DNA from: Octopus vulgaris
Taxonomy: Eukaryota
Direction: 5' to 3'
Assembly (NCBI GenBank): GCA_951406725.2
Contig: OX597830.1
Coordinates: forward strand, 29,140,001 to 29,204,000
DNA length: 64,000 bases
Part shown: one piece after another, positions 14,579 through 28,819 of the stretch
Layout of the letters: every line of letters begins with the position of its first letter
Position numbering within the stretch: the stretch's first letter is position 1
Program-made: the position numbers and the translations under genes
The notes under the pieces: generated by a model
What the model was told of the DNA's origin: nothing
The model's database searches: none
What the model saw: only the letters and a program-made list of their open reading frames with translations

Positions 14579-14827
14579 TAATAACAGTAATAATAGTCAT
14601 ATCGACGTAGACGTAAGCATACGTAAAATACACAACGTGTAATAAGCCGTTACACCAAATATACAGATATAACAACAAACACGTAGACACAATAATAATA
14701 CACACACAGCCACAAACACTACCATGCACATCTGTTCATAGATATATCCATGTATGTGCATACATATGTTTATGTAAGTACATGTATGTATTTGTATATG
14801 TATACCAGCATATATATACATATATAT

Positions 14828-14888
<61 letters not shown>

Positions 14889-15148
14889 GGGATGTATGTT
14901 AGATGTATATGGAGAGGTATATGCAGGGGTTTGTTTTATTTATATATCTTAATATGTCCTACATTTTATTTTTGTCATGTGTTTTTATTTATTTTATTAT
15001 TTTATTTGCATTTATTTTTCTCATGGTGGATTGCTTACACGCTCATAAGTATACGCACATATGTAGCACATTATACCAGATGTACGCACATATATATATA
15101 CATACACATATACTTAAATATATATATATATATATATACATATATATG

Positions 15149-15218
<70 letters not shown>

Positions 15219-15744
15219 AGTATATATATATGTATATATATGTATGTTGTATACATATATATGTATATCGATATATATTTTTATCTGTCAATCTCTCTAT
15301 CAATGTATCAATCCACCCATCGTGTCTATATGTAAGGTATAGATTAGATGAAGGCTGATACAGAGATAGAGGTACTGATAAATAAATACGCCTGTATTTA
15401 TACTGTATGTTTAAACATTGCATTCACTAACATATATCGAACTGACAGATTCTTTGAAAGATAATATTGGAATAACCATTTCACTAGGGATATCCTTCAT
15501 TGCTTATGTACCTGCATTTCATATTCTAAGCAAAATCTTTCGGTAGTCTCCAACTTGAGACGATGTGGCATTTGTTGTGGTAGTATAGCATGCCAGAGAA
15601 AAGTTTGGCTATTTTGCAAATTTGAACCGAGAACATGGCTTGCAGGTTTCTTTATAATGCAATATAGTCATAGTCATTGGATTGACCAATATAGATGGGC
15701 GTCCGCTAAGACTGCATTTCTTGCCTTTGCTGTTTTGCTATGAA

Positions 15745-15980
15745 TCAATTAGCCATCAGTTTAAACCAGTGTTCTAGAACTATTAAAAAAAAAGAGAGGA
15801 ATCCGAAGATTTAAAAATTATATTACAATTAATATGCGAAATGGCACTTAATTAGATTCCTATACTCTAGAGATTGACGTCAAATCGCCTTACCACAAAG
15901 ATTGAGAACACACTTCGTAGTAAGGCGATTTGACGTCTACATCTAGCGGATAGGAATCCACTTTAGTGGCCATTCCTTAT
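15745..15980. repeat. Unclassified dispersed repeat ending at (AT)n, with a ~60-bp-arm hairpin
   Basis: Homologous to 16778-17044. Inverted arms at 15841-15900 and 15912-15973. Confidence 0.7.
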
Positions 15981-15989
15981 ATTGTTTGT

Positions 15990-16030
<41 letters not shown>

Positions 16031-16260
16031 AAAGTAGGAGAAATAATCCAGAATAGCCAGCACAAGTATGTGAACAATGAAAAAGAAAACGTGTATACAT
16101 TAGTGTGTGTGTGTGTGTGCTTGCGTTGGAGCAAATGTGTTAGTTCTAAAATCTCTCTCAGAGATGAACGCAGTACGAACAAGTAATGTTAGTAGCCATT
16201 TCAATACGGCTGTCCCTTCGAACAGACTTTACGGTGATCTACTGTGTGTGTATATGTGTG

Positions 16261-16291
<31 letters not shown>

Positions 16292-16353
16292 AGAGAGTGA
16301 GTGAATGTGTATGACTGTGTATACATATTTGTGTGCGTTTGTGCGTTTGAATG

Positions 16354-16590
16354 CAGGAGGGGTGCCGAAAATATCCTGGCTTTAAGAGTATCTTGAAATG
16401 CCTGGTCGGACGTTCAAACCTTTCAAGTTCATTTATAAGGCTTCAAAAAAAACAGAAGGACCGCTGTAATAAGTGTGTGAATCCAACAGGAGAATATGTG
16501 GGATAAAATTCTAATTAATGCATAAAATCCAGAATTAATCCCCTTTTTTCCTCTTTTCACCAAAGCCAGGACATTTTCAGGACACTCACA
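16354..16590 (+). mobile_element. Internally deleted mariner-type element (MITE)
   Basis: Imperfect TIRs GGGGTGCCGAAAATATCCTGGCTTT / AAAGCCAGGACATTTTCAGGACAC and the residual transposase C-terminus R-C-N-K-C-V-N-P-T-G-E-Y-V. Confidence 0.7.
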
Positions 16591-16777
16591 TATATATTTA
16601 TGTATATTTACGCTAGCGGTTCAGCCGAAGTAGTCGACACAATATAGTCTTATACTAAACAAGCTAAGGTTGTACACCAGCATGGCCACAGTCTAATGAG
16701 TGAAAAAATCCACGATGTACACGTATATATACACATGTATATACTAATTAAAATAATGAGTGTAGAATTTCATATCA

Positions 16778-17044
16778 ATCAATTAACATCAGTTTAAACC
16801 AGTGTTCTAGCATATTAAAAAAAAAAATTTAATCCGAAGATTTAAAAATTATATTACAATTAATTAAGAGAAATGGCTGTTATTTCTAGTGGGTGATTCC
16901 TATTATGGCCGTTCCTTGATTGTAGATGTTGAACGCCTTAAAAATGAGTTTAGAACACACTTCGTAGTAAGGCGATTTGACGTGGCTATAAATTCTAGCG
17001 GATAGGAATTTTTTGCCACCCTATATTGAGTGGCCATTCCTTAT
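16778..17044. repeat. Second copy of the 15745-15980 repeat
   Basis: Shared blocks CATCAGTTTAAACCAGTGTTCTAG, AATCCGAAGATTTAAAAATTATATTACAATTAAT, CTTCGTAGTAAGGCGATTTGACGT and GTGGCCATTCCTTAT. Confidence 0.75.
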
Positions 17045-18335
17045 ATATATATATATATATGTATAATATATATATATATATATATATAAATAAAAAAGTT
17101 AAGAACAAACATAACACGAAAAAAACAACAACGCCGGAACGTGGTACATCCAAAGTATTAGCATAGCAAAGCTCTTCTTCAGAAATAGGAGTCGGAGAAA
17201 AAATCGCCAATGATCCACATGTGGTTACATTTTGATATATAAAAAGCATGCGCACATACACACGCACATTTAGACACATAAACTCATACACACCCATCTA
17301 ATACCTAAAAATACACACACTTATGTAAATAGAGTGAGGATGAGATACAGGTGGATAGATAGATAGATAAATAACTAGACAGACGGAGAGGCAGACAGAC
17401 TACCTGTCAGTTAAATGAGGATTGATATGTATATCTGCGAATGTCATTTATTTCTGGTTAGAGTTTAGAGACAATACGTCTGCAAATTTCTCATATATCT
17501 GAAACACACTGTATTATTTACTGTGTCTTTTTATCACTAGGTACGTTTGAATAAAATACTAGTAAATTCGAAAGCTGCATATTATCATGGAATAAGACGG
17601 AATAACACTAATAATTTTAAGGAAATATGAAATAAGATCATATACCTTTAAACTAGCAACATTTCCTTCAAAAATATGTAAATATGAAAACGCAAAAATT
17701 AATAACTACATAAATATAGGAAAGACCTTCATATCTGTTTTAGTTGTAAATTATATTTTGTAGAAATATACATATTTATTTTCGTAAATACGGTTTTTTT
17801 TTGCCATACTCATGTTTTTTTCTTATCCCCTGTTTATCTCTTTTAGTTCTAGTGCATTACAAAATATCTCTTTCTTCAGTTGAAATCCACCATTTCGAAA
17901 TTCTTGACATTTTCTCGAGTATGCCTCATACAATTTAGTGTAACATAATATTCAACTTCATTGTAGAAAACAATAATTTCCAGGCGTTATCCTTTCTCTC
18001 GCTATTTTGTACCATTCTGCATATCGTCTAACTTCATATAATTTTTTTTTTCTTACACTAACTTGTTTACGCAATCATATACACCTAGACATATACATAC
18101 ATATACCGCGCACAGCGCGCACATGCAAACGCGTGCGAACAAGCAAGAAATCACAAACAGACAAATGAACAGTTACAAACACGTACGCAGACACACGCAT
18201 ATGAAATGTACTTGTTTGTTTTCCTATTGACGAGAGCCTCCTCCTACATGTATATGTGTTTTTGCGTATATTATACATAATTGTATACATATACATATGT
18301 ATACTCATACACATACATACATATATATATATACG

Positions 18336-18477
<142 letters not shown>

Positions 18478-18796
18478 TATCATACGCTCCTCAGACAAAT
18501 GCGCACAGATGCATATACACACACAGCAACACAAACAGGTATATGTATGTCTGTGTGTATGTATACATATACAAGTATATACATTGTAGAAATCGTGGGT
18601 AGAACAATATTGATTGTGTATTGTTATTGCTTTTGTTGTTGTTATTATTATGTATATCTCAGAGGGAAAATCGAGTTTTCGTACTTTGCACACTTATTAA
18701 ATTTAATGCAGTTTACCATATTTAAATTCTGACATCCTTCAATTTTCATGAAATCTTCAGTTTATATATATATATATATATTTATAATATATATAT

Positions 18797-18830
<34 letters not shown>

Positions 18831-19911
18831 TTATATATATTTACTGTGTTTATAAAGTTTTCGTTTTTGTTTCTTTTGCTAATCAAATTAACTGAACAAT
18901 TGATCTCCATACATTTCGCAGTGCATAAAAATATATGGCCACGTATATCTAATAATACATATATGTATATAATTACAAGCGTAAACTTGTATTTTTTAAA
19001 TTTTCATCTGTCTTTCTCACATGAATTTCAAAATAAACATCCATACACACGTACGTTCACACATGTGTATGAATATATGTTATATATAAAAATATTTGCG
19101 TGTGTACTTTAATGCTTCCATATTTTCGATGTGAACATGTATAGTTGTTATTATTGAATTTGCAGAACTATATAATATGTAGTTCTTTGCATGTACATAA
19201 TTGTTTGCATTTATGTATATGGGGTATATTTCGCAATGTTTCATACGCTGTAATAAATAAGAATATGTTTATGTGTGTATGTGTGGTTCATAGAAACTTG
19301 CACCAAATTTATTCTCATCGTCTCGTCAAGAGATACATAAAAAACCGAGAGTACACACATACTAAGAAAAAAACGAAGACTACGTACACATGTACACAAA
19401 CACTTATACATATTTTTGCTGCTCCCATTACTTGCATTATGTGGTGTAACCCTGTTGTTGAGCCTATCAAAATAATAAAAGAGAGATGACATAGAAAAAA
19501 CACACTTCTCGTAATAGTAGATGGGCGGGAATATACGATTGGTCGGTTTCAGAACAATATTATTTTGTTACTATCGAAGTCTATTCTGTTTGGGGATCGT
19601 TACATAGGCGAAACTACTCTTAATCAAATGGAGTTTCTCTCGCTATTCAAAACAGTTACGGTCCACAGTGATATTAAATATAGTTTTCTTTTTCTTTAAC
19701 ACACACACACATGAACACACATACATACACACACAAACACATATATATAAATTTAAATTTAAAATAATAAAGGTGAACAATTGAATATTAACTTGATTAA
19801 TATCAATATAGAACCAGTGGTCTACCATATAGAAAAATCTGAAGATTCAGAAAAATATTACATACATATAAGAGGGATAACCACTTAGTGGTTAGCTCTC
19901 TTATTTGAATG

Positions 19912-19954
<43 letters not shown>

Positions 19955-19959
19955 CATAT

Positions 19960-19991
19960 ACACACACACACGCACAAACATAGACTCACAC

Positions 19992-20058
<67 letters not shown>

Positions 20059-20191
20059 ACAGGCTTCTTTCAGTTTCCGTCTTCCAAATCCACTCACAAG
20101 GCTTTGGTCTGCCCGAGGTGCCACGCAGTGGGACTGAACCCGGAACCATGTGGTTGGTAAGCAACCTACTTACCCCACAGCCACTCCTGCA

Positions 20192-20193
<2 letters not shown>
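19960..20193 (-). mobile_element. SINE family A, 5' half with an internal deletion
   Basis: Reverse complement of the family-A head. Confidence 0.85.
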
Positions 20194-20235
<42 letters not shown>

Positions 20236-20237
20236 TA

Positions 20238-20537
20238 TAGGGAATATATATCCAAATTTACAGGGAAAAAATCAGATTTAGGATTAAATCCAATTTTATA
20301 GTAAAATATTATATAATATTAAATTCGAGACAAAACCACTATTTTGCAAAACAAACAAGGAAAGACTTAATCAATACATAAAAATTTTAATATTAAATAA
20401 ATAAACCGCCACTATAATCGTTTCATGTCTTCAAATGACATTCGTCAGGTGGATTTCCGATCTTCTAATCAGTTTTAATTTATGTATTGATTAAGTCTTT
20501 CCTTGTTTGTTTTGCAAAATAGTGGTTTTGTCTCGAA

Positions 20538-20548
<11 letters not shown>
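20238..20548 (-). mobile_element. PLE-type terminal-repeat fragment in (AT)n, with an inverted duplication enclosing a hammerhead motif
   Basis: Arms ~20318-20382 and ~20478-20545 are reverse complements. The sequence is homologous to 32632-32765. Confidence 0.75.
20409..20452 (-). ncRNA. Type I minimal hammerhead ribozyme motif (helix III mutated)
   Basis: Minus strand: CCAC CUGACGA AUGUC-AUUUGAA-GACAU GAAA CGAUUA UA GUGG. Confidence 0.8.
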
Positions 20549-20599
<51 letters not shown>

Positions 20600-21162
20600 T
20601 GGGTATATTAGATGAGTTCAACAAAAATTTAGATTCAGGTGAATATGGTTGGTTGAGGCACCAGAATTTAGTACGGTATTATCCATACAATTTCGAAGTG
20701 AGGAGATTAAAATCAAAATATGCAACAATGATATCCAGAGGCAATGCGGTACGATCGTTTCATGCAACTCATTGAAAACTTCATTGAAAGATATAAACCA
20801 AAACCATTTCTAGCAATTTTAAATATGTAAACTTACCTCATTGAAACACATACAGCAAAACTTAACCATTTCTAACAATCTATTCTTTCTGTTAAATTGA
20901 CAAAACCTATATTCCCAAGATTTTTTATTATCTCCCTTATACCGAAAACATCTCTGATTACCTTTCCCTGCCTGGAACTCTTATACTTCATTTCAAACCG
21001 AAGACATAACACAATATCAGTAAAGAAATTTGAGAAATTTGAAAAGAAAATACGAAACCGATTATTTCTCCAAAAACAATGTTACTTTACACAAAATTTT
21101 ATAACGTTTTTCTAACATAACGATTTAAATACATTCTTTAACCATATAAACATGTGTATGTG

Positions 21163-21238
<76 letters not shown>

Positions 21239-21302
21239 GGTCAGTCGCCATGATAGATCGTTAGCCACAACACACATTTTTTCCTTTCCTTGTTTTTTCT
21301 GT

Positions 21303-21343
21303 GTCCTTTCTAAAGAAGAGCGTAGGCTCAAAATGTAAAAGAC
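21303..21343 (+). ncRNA. Decayed minimal hammerhead motif in a PLE-like terminal fragment (~21235-21380)
   Basis: GUCCUUU CUAAAGA A GAGC-GUAG-GCUC AAAA UG UA AAAGAC. Stems I and II are recognisable. Core G5 and G12 are mutated to A, and CG has become UG. Confidence 0.55.
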
Positions 21344-21429
21344 TTTTTCTATCCCTGAGCGTTATACTAATACATCTGTATCTATGTATATATATACATA
21401 GATACATACATTCATACATACATACATAC

Positions 21430-21488
<59 letters not shown>

Positions 21489-22499
21489 AAGGCATTCGTT
21501 GAACACATACACATATATAACAAAAGATACGTACGAAGAAAATCAAATCTTCATATACACTTTAGAGCAAAAGGAATACACTTCACGTTTGTAATCGGTC
21601 CGTCAAATACACACACTATGCTGTTACGCATGCTTAGTGTGTTGAAAAATTATCGATTGTAATAAGGAGAAGAAACGTTCCATTTTGGGGTGTTTAAAAT
21701 GTAAAAAAAGAATCAACTAGCAAAGAGATAACTCCAATACCTTCATCTAATTCGAATTTGAAGGAAATAAAACAACATAGTTATGAATAGACCTTTGTGT
21801 AGTCTACTATTGAATCTAAAGAGCGAGATCCATTCTTACAAGTCCCTTTGCAAATTTGTAGAGTTGATCAGAAAAGATATTTCATACCAGTTTCACGTTA
21901 ATTTACGGCACAGTCAGGAAATTATTTTGTAACCGTGTCTCTGATCCCTATTAAATTTACGAGGCACCCTTGATTCTTTAGTTCACCACCATAACTATTC
22001 GTCCATGAAATTATACCTCCAGCCCCTTAGCAACCAAACGTCTCTGCATGAGAACAACAATTGCTCCTCTTTTAGAGACGACGTACTTGTCGCGTACTGT
22101 CTTTGGACCCATCTTCAGAATATATATATATATATATTGAAATATTTTCCGTCCTCTGTAAATCTTAATACGTTAAGGTTCATAGTGGTAGTAAAATGCA
22201 TGAGTCAATCAAACGAGTACACATGTCCCTGTCATAATTTTGCTCCTACGTATTACTAACCCGTTAGTGTTTAACCCCTTGACGGACATGATCGATTTGA
22301 CGAATTATCAAAGGTACACTAGCACATATTCGGTACGTGTGGGCATAGCTTAACTTAAACAATTTTATGGCATTTGTCCTTCCATCATATTTTTGTCTTA
22401 ATGAGAGAACTAAGTGTTTTGTGAGAGATCTGGTTCTCATGTAGAGGGTCTATACATTGCCTGGTGTTGTTTGTTTATTATTGTTATTGTTTATATCCT

Positions 22500-22602
22500 G
22501 TAGACGACTGTCTAACTTAGACGACTGTCTAACTTAGACGACTGTCTAACTTAGACGACTGTCTAACTTAGACGACTGTCTAACTTAGACGACTGTCTAA
22601 CT
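22500..22602. repeat. Minisatellite: six copies of a 17-bp palindromic unit, TTAGACGACTGTCTAAC
   Basis: Exact 17-bp period; only the first base of the first copy differs. Each unit is TTAGAC-GACT-GTCTAA plus C. Confidence 0.95.
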
Positions 22603-23505
22603 GTAATTATCTTGTTTGTTTTTCGATTATAATATACAAATGTTACATGAAATTGTACGGCTTTCTAATTTGAAGAAGACAGCGTACGATATAAAATAAT
22701 TTAGATATATCAATGGGTCATGCAGCAACTGCCCATAGGCTATGCCCACAAATAAACCCATCATCATCATTATCATCGTCGTCGCCGTCATTGTCATCAT
22801 CATCATCATTCTCCTCCTCCTTCATATAATCTTCTTCCTCCTTCTTCATATCTTCTTCCATGTCCACCAACACCTAATCAACTACATCCGCCTCCTCTTC
22901 ATACCCCTTCTCCCCCACTCCTCTTCGTCCTCCTCTTCGCCCTCCTCTCCGTCCTCATCTTCCTCCTCCTCACCACCCTCATTATTATCGTCATCGTCAA
23001 CTTTCCTTTGGGCTACAGAATCAGATCAGTAATACGTAGTTCGACAGAAATTATACCTTCACGTAACATCGCATTTTCTTTACATTCTGTGTTTATATTT
23101 CCCTACATATGAATGTCGTTTCTTCTCCTCCTGGAATCGATAAAGTAAGTAGTACACGAAAACCGGATTAAGTATAAATACAGAAAATTATCTTCAACAC
23201 GTGCTGTTTGTGTGTTTACACATTTCCGTGTACATGTAATATTACCTCATAAGAAAGGATATTCTCATAGTCTTTAGAATGATTCCAGATGCTAGAATTA
23301 TCACTTGTTTGAAGAAAGCAGCTATGTTTTTTTTTCTTTTTGCGTTTGAAAGAACCTACAATACTTTTAATATATAAACTAATATTTTTGCGTTAATGAA
23401 TAGTGGTAACCGACACAACCCTTCCTTGTTAACTTCACCAATTTTGCTCTATATTGCCCTACAATATATGGGACTAAATTTTTTCATCAACGCAAGCATA
23501 CAGCT

Positions 23506-23567
<62 letters not shown>

Positions 23568-25634
23568 CATCTTACTATGATACTATGAGTAGAAGCGATT
23601 GTGCAGATGAAGACATTAGATATATTAAATATGATACTTTGGATGGGAAATACAAAATATGTATTACGGATACATGCATATATGTATTACGGATACATGC
23701 AAAACTCTCAAGGGAGAGTTTCAGGGAGTCGCTGGTGATGTATCGTGATGATCAAAAATCCGTTCACTACAAACAGCTGATTGAGTAAAGTTCACTATTC
23801 AATGCATGGGATAAGGCCTAAACAAACACATTATTAATTTTTGCACTTGCGAGATGCATTTCGGAACAGAAATAGCGCAGTTCAATTTCCATTCGCCTAA
23901 ACTTTAAGTGACCCATTTTTGGTGGTTCTACGATTTGTTGGCTAGGAGGAGATGTGCCGGGAAGTTAAACACACAGACACACAGGTTGAGTTTTATATAT
24001 AGATATATATATATATATATATAAATGGAAGATTATAGATACCGGATAAATGTACTGAAAAATATACTCGAAGTAGGGAGTATATGTAGTCAGGCTTAAC
24101 TACGTTCCGATATCTGCATACATACTTACATACACATACACACACACACATACACACACATTCACACACATGCTCACACACATATTGTATAGACATATCC
24201 TCTCCGGCTGTCTTTCTTGGTATGTATATAGTGTAAATCTGTAACCATGCTGACCAATTTCATAGAGTACGATGATAATCTTAGATTGTATGGACCAGTA
24301 TATTTCTTCTAAAGTTGGATGGGAGCGCTTAAAGAGTATCCCTTTTCTCATCCGTTCAATTTGTTTATTATTTGTCCCAATTCTTAAAGAGTTTCTAGAC
24401 AAGCGGGGAATCGTGGGAACCATGGGGAAAGGTGGTTTCAATGACATATCCGTTATTGTCGAGATGTTTGAATGGGGAAGAAGTCTGCCTGTATGAATGA
24501 GTGGATGCAAGACGGGTTAGCTCACCGCCTAACTGACTGCTTGGCTAAATAAGTGTTTCGAAGGTCCCATAAAGCAGTCAGATGTTACTCAGCTGGACAG
24601 GTTTCTGGTTTCCCATGAATATATAAACCAATTCATTCGTCTTAATACACTCGTATACATTTCTATGTCAATAGACAAACGTAAACAAACACAATAAGGA
24701 AACCGTACAGTTCCGAACGCCTGGCAAAAGATATAAGGGTTTTGACGAAATGGATGTGTCTACAGTGGGGAGATAGAACGGATAACCTGTGTGTGTGTGT
24801 AAAAACATACACACTCACTGACATATACATATGTATACATATACATGTGCATAAACATAGATATAGATATATACACACTAATGTATACAAACCTTCATAT
24901 TCATACAGAAGCACTTATATATACGTATATTTATAGAGAGTGAGATAGAAAGAAGATATGAGAGAGGGGTGAGAGAAAAAATCGGGAAGACACGATATTA
25001 AAGTGCAGAAACGTGTTTACGCATGGGCATGAGTTAGTGTATGTGTGTAAGCGTGAATATAAGCGCTTCTATTTTTGAACTTAGGTTAGTGTGTGCGTGT
25101 TTGCTGACTAATGTGTGTGTGTGTGCTGGCGAGTGTGTGTGTGTGCGTTTCTTTGTGTGTACTTAGTTGTGGATGTTTGCGCGGTGTGGTTACAAGGGTC
25201 CAAGAATTATGAGAAGTTTAGTTGTAAGGGTAAATAAAGATCCCTACAGTAAGAGAACGGGTCAATTATCGAAGAAGAAAGGGGATCAAAATTATTCAAG
25301 GAAATGAATGACAAGTTGAGATATTTTGGTAAATAAATAGTTGCAAGGTGGAGGCATTAAAGTGGTCGATAGAGAGATGGACAGTAAATCAGAGAGAAAG
25401 TGTGTGAGAGAGAGAGAGAGAGAGAGGGACAGAGAGAATGGGAAATAGGAGAGCGTGGAAGAGAAGATATTCCAGGAGAGAAAACTGAGATTTTGAGAAG
25501 GTGAATGATTTATAATATAACAAGCCTGAGAGAAGGTCTTCTATAATCTAGATTTTGGAAATCAACGGATTCGTGAGCATGATGTAGAAATGCGGAATAG
25601 GCAAATATATATATATATGCATATATACATACAT

Positions 25635-25670
<36 letters not shown>

Positions 25671-25701
25671 TTACACATACATACATACATACATACATAC
25701 A

Positions 25702-25732
<31 letters not shown>

Positions 25733-26082
25733 GGAGTGTATATACATCTAGAGATATAATATATGGAAGGAGATAGGAGGTTAATAAAACGAAAAGAGGT
25801 CGCAGAAAAAGATGAATGCATCAAGGAATGCAACGATAACACGGGTAAACAACATGTTACGATGATATAATTCTTAGAGGTGATGTAGGTAAAGAACATG
25901 TGAAGAGAAGAAAGAGATTTCAGAAAGACTAATGGAGCGGAAAGATAAAGATTGTGGATTACGTTTTGCGAAGGAGCGATTTTAAGATGGATCATGTCTT
26001 GTGAGTTGTGAGAAATAAAGTATGTTTGTGTGTGTGAGTGTGTGTGTGTCTGTTTGGTGTGCGTATATGTATAAGTGCATGC

Positions 26083-26159
<77 letters not shown>

Positions 26160-26228
26160 AATATATGTATATATATTTACATAAATATATATCTATATAT
26201 ATATAATACAGATATATATATAAATAAA

Positions 26229-26340
<112 letters not shown>

Positions 26341-26341
26341 C

Positions 26342-26391
<50 letters not shown>

Positions 26392-27439
26392 AGGTAAACT
26401 TTTAAAATGCGACACATATGGCAAAAATGATAAGCAAAAATATATTTATTCCTCTGTTTGTAGGGATTGGACTGCGACTAAGCTGGGATACGGTCTCTAC
26501 AGTGAAGAAGATCATACCAAGTTTACCGTCACTTCCAAGCTTGTGTGAGGTGGTAAATTTTACAACCCAAATAATTAAATGTGCTTATGAAATCACAACC
26601 ACAAGTTAGTTTCTCTGCCCTCCAAAATCTCACCCAGCCGTACCTCGATCAAATCACCAATTGAAGAATATATTGCCATTACCAAATTGTTTGTCTTTTA
26701 TTTTTTATCTGAGAGATTTGAGCAATGAATATTATCCTGCTTCATTCAAGTACACTAGAACTGAAGTGATACCGGAATCGAACTCACCAATATGCAATAT
26801 GCAAAAACACGTGTTTTTAAGCTACATGCTATTAAATTCTACACTAATACATATCCAACGTTCTGTTTACTTGATCGATATTTATTTTCCGAGTGACTAC
26901 CATAAAGGAGAAACACATAAACGACCGGCACATGTACAAACATAATATATAGTTTTCTGTAGTTACCATATCTTTAATTAATTCACTAGTTATAATTAAA
27001 CAGGAGGCTATATTAAAGCACATTTGACAAATAGCTATAATTATCACGAAGCGTATACCTTAATCAGCAAGAGGCCTTTTCGACGAAACTTAAATTCTTT
27101 ATGTGCATTTCGATCTAGCTTTTTAAAAAAATTAAAATGTTCTGAGAAAGGTAAAAAACTTCAAAGACGAGAAAATACAAAATTTGTATATTATGTAGTC
27201 GAGGCAGCGCAGGACATGTTGGACAAATATTTCGTGAAAGTTGCTCCAAATATGACTATATCATACGTTTTTCTCCGGCATAATAAATCTATGATCATAC
27301 CATATATTGTGATGCTGGTTTGTTTAACACCAAAGTGTAATTTGAACGCGGTTTTATTATTTAATTCAAGCACATACTCCATTCACGTTCAAGTATCTAC
27401 ATCGTTCAATCGGTTCTTTCTACTAATAATGGTAGGTGG

Positions 27440-27615
27440 CTTAGTCGTTAGCAAGTCAGACAAAAACCATTAGCGGCTTTATATGCTGAGTTCAAACTCC
27501 GCCACGGTTGAGTTTGCTTTTCGTCCTTTCGTGGTCGATAAAATAACTTGCAGTCGAGTACTTTTTGAGGAAATTGATTATCCATCTACCCACAAATTTC
27601 AGGTATTCTGCTTAG
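27440..27615 (+). mobile_element. SINE family B, old diverged copy
   Basis: GAGTTCAAACTCCGCC...TTTGCTTTTCGTCCTTTCGTGGTCGATAAAATAA. Confidence 0.7.
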
Positions 27616-27803
27616 AGCGGATTCATGGTGGCATAGTCTAAACAAGGTCAACTCTAATAACATTTGTATAAGTTGGCTCCAAGTCTCAACCAGAGACCTC
27701 AAGGGACAACAAATTGGAAGTTCATGTTGGTGCTATATATTTGGTTTTGTACTTAGTGTTGTACTAGTGAATATCTAAAAATACCATACGAAAATTATGC
27801 TTG

Positions 27804-27877
<74 letters not shown>

Positions 27878-28016
27878 CATTATTATTATTATTATTTGAT
27901 AAACTACAAATAGAATCAAATATAGCAACGTATCTTTGAGTCATTTGTAATTATAGGGAAATTTAAGCGGCCTTCCCCTCCAGTACTTCTTACAGCATAG
28001 CTGCTGCTGTCATTAT

Positions 28017-28220
28017 TAGCTGGCAGAAACGTTAGCACGCTGGGCGAAATGCGTAGCCGTATTTCGTCTGCCGTTACGTTCTGAGTTAAAATCCGCTGAG
28101 GTCGACTTTGCCTTTCATCATTCCAGGGTCGATAAATTAAGTACCATTTTCGCACTGGGGTCGATATCTGTCCTTGTTTGTTCCCTCTGTATTTAGCCCC
28201 TTGTGGGTAGTAAAGAAATA
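28017..28220 (+). mobile_element. SINE family B
   Basis: Family-B head, core and TAAAGAAATA tail. A further head fragment follows at ~28238-28327. Confidence 0.85.
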
Positions 28221-28589
28221 ATTATTAGATGTATATAGGGTAGCGAGCTGGCAGAATCGATAGCATGTCGGGCATAATACTTGGCTGTATTTCTTTTATC
28301 TTTACATTCTGAGTTCAAATTCTGAGTTTGTTTTTCACCCTTAGACTTATACTTTCTTTTACTAAAGAAGGACTGAATACAAGGGTAGTGACAAACGAAA
28401 TTAATATTGTTGAAGGCTCAGAAAATCTTAACAAACATGTGTACCAAAACTGGTTCAGACGTTTGAAGGAAGGTGACGGCAACCTCGAAGATAGACGAAG
28501 TCAGTACGATCTCCTTTTTCAGGGGTTTTGCTTAAAATGTTTGAACAACATCCAAACGCAAGCACATGTAGGTTATCTGCAGAACTCCA

Positions 28590-28819
28590 AGGCGGCAGCT
28601 GTCAGTACCGTTAGCACGCAGGGCGAAATGCGAGTCGGTATTTCGTCTGCCGCTACTTTCTGAGTTGAAATTCCGCCGAGGTCGACTTTGCCTTTCATCC
28701 TTTCGAGGTCGATAAATTAAGTACCAGTTACGCACTGGTGTCGAGTAATCGACTTAATCCATTTTCCTGTCCTTGTTTGTCCCCTCTATGTTTAGCCCCT
28801 TGTGGTCAATAAAGAAATA
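28590..28819 (+). mobile_element. SINE family B inserted in the mariner remnant, with a 9-bp TSD
   Basis: TSD AGAACTCCA at 28581-28589 and 28820-28828. Confidence 0.9.

Noticed and set aside
22500-22602. Palindromic direct repeats resembling a CRISPR array
   Set aside because: The units are contiguous with no spacers, only 17 bp long, with no cas genes, in a eukaryotic context.
24190-24620. GC-richer island (likewise ~37650-37990 and ~32290-32490) as a coding exon or LINE remnant
   Set aside because: Manual translation showed no convincing motif in the frames I checked. These are probably old repeats and need BLASTX or a repeat-library search.
27024-27473. 149-aa ORF in non-repetitive sequence
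   Set aside because: It has a TTG start, AT-driven composition and no recognisable motif, and it runs into a SINE relic.
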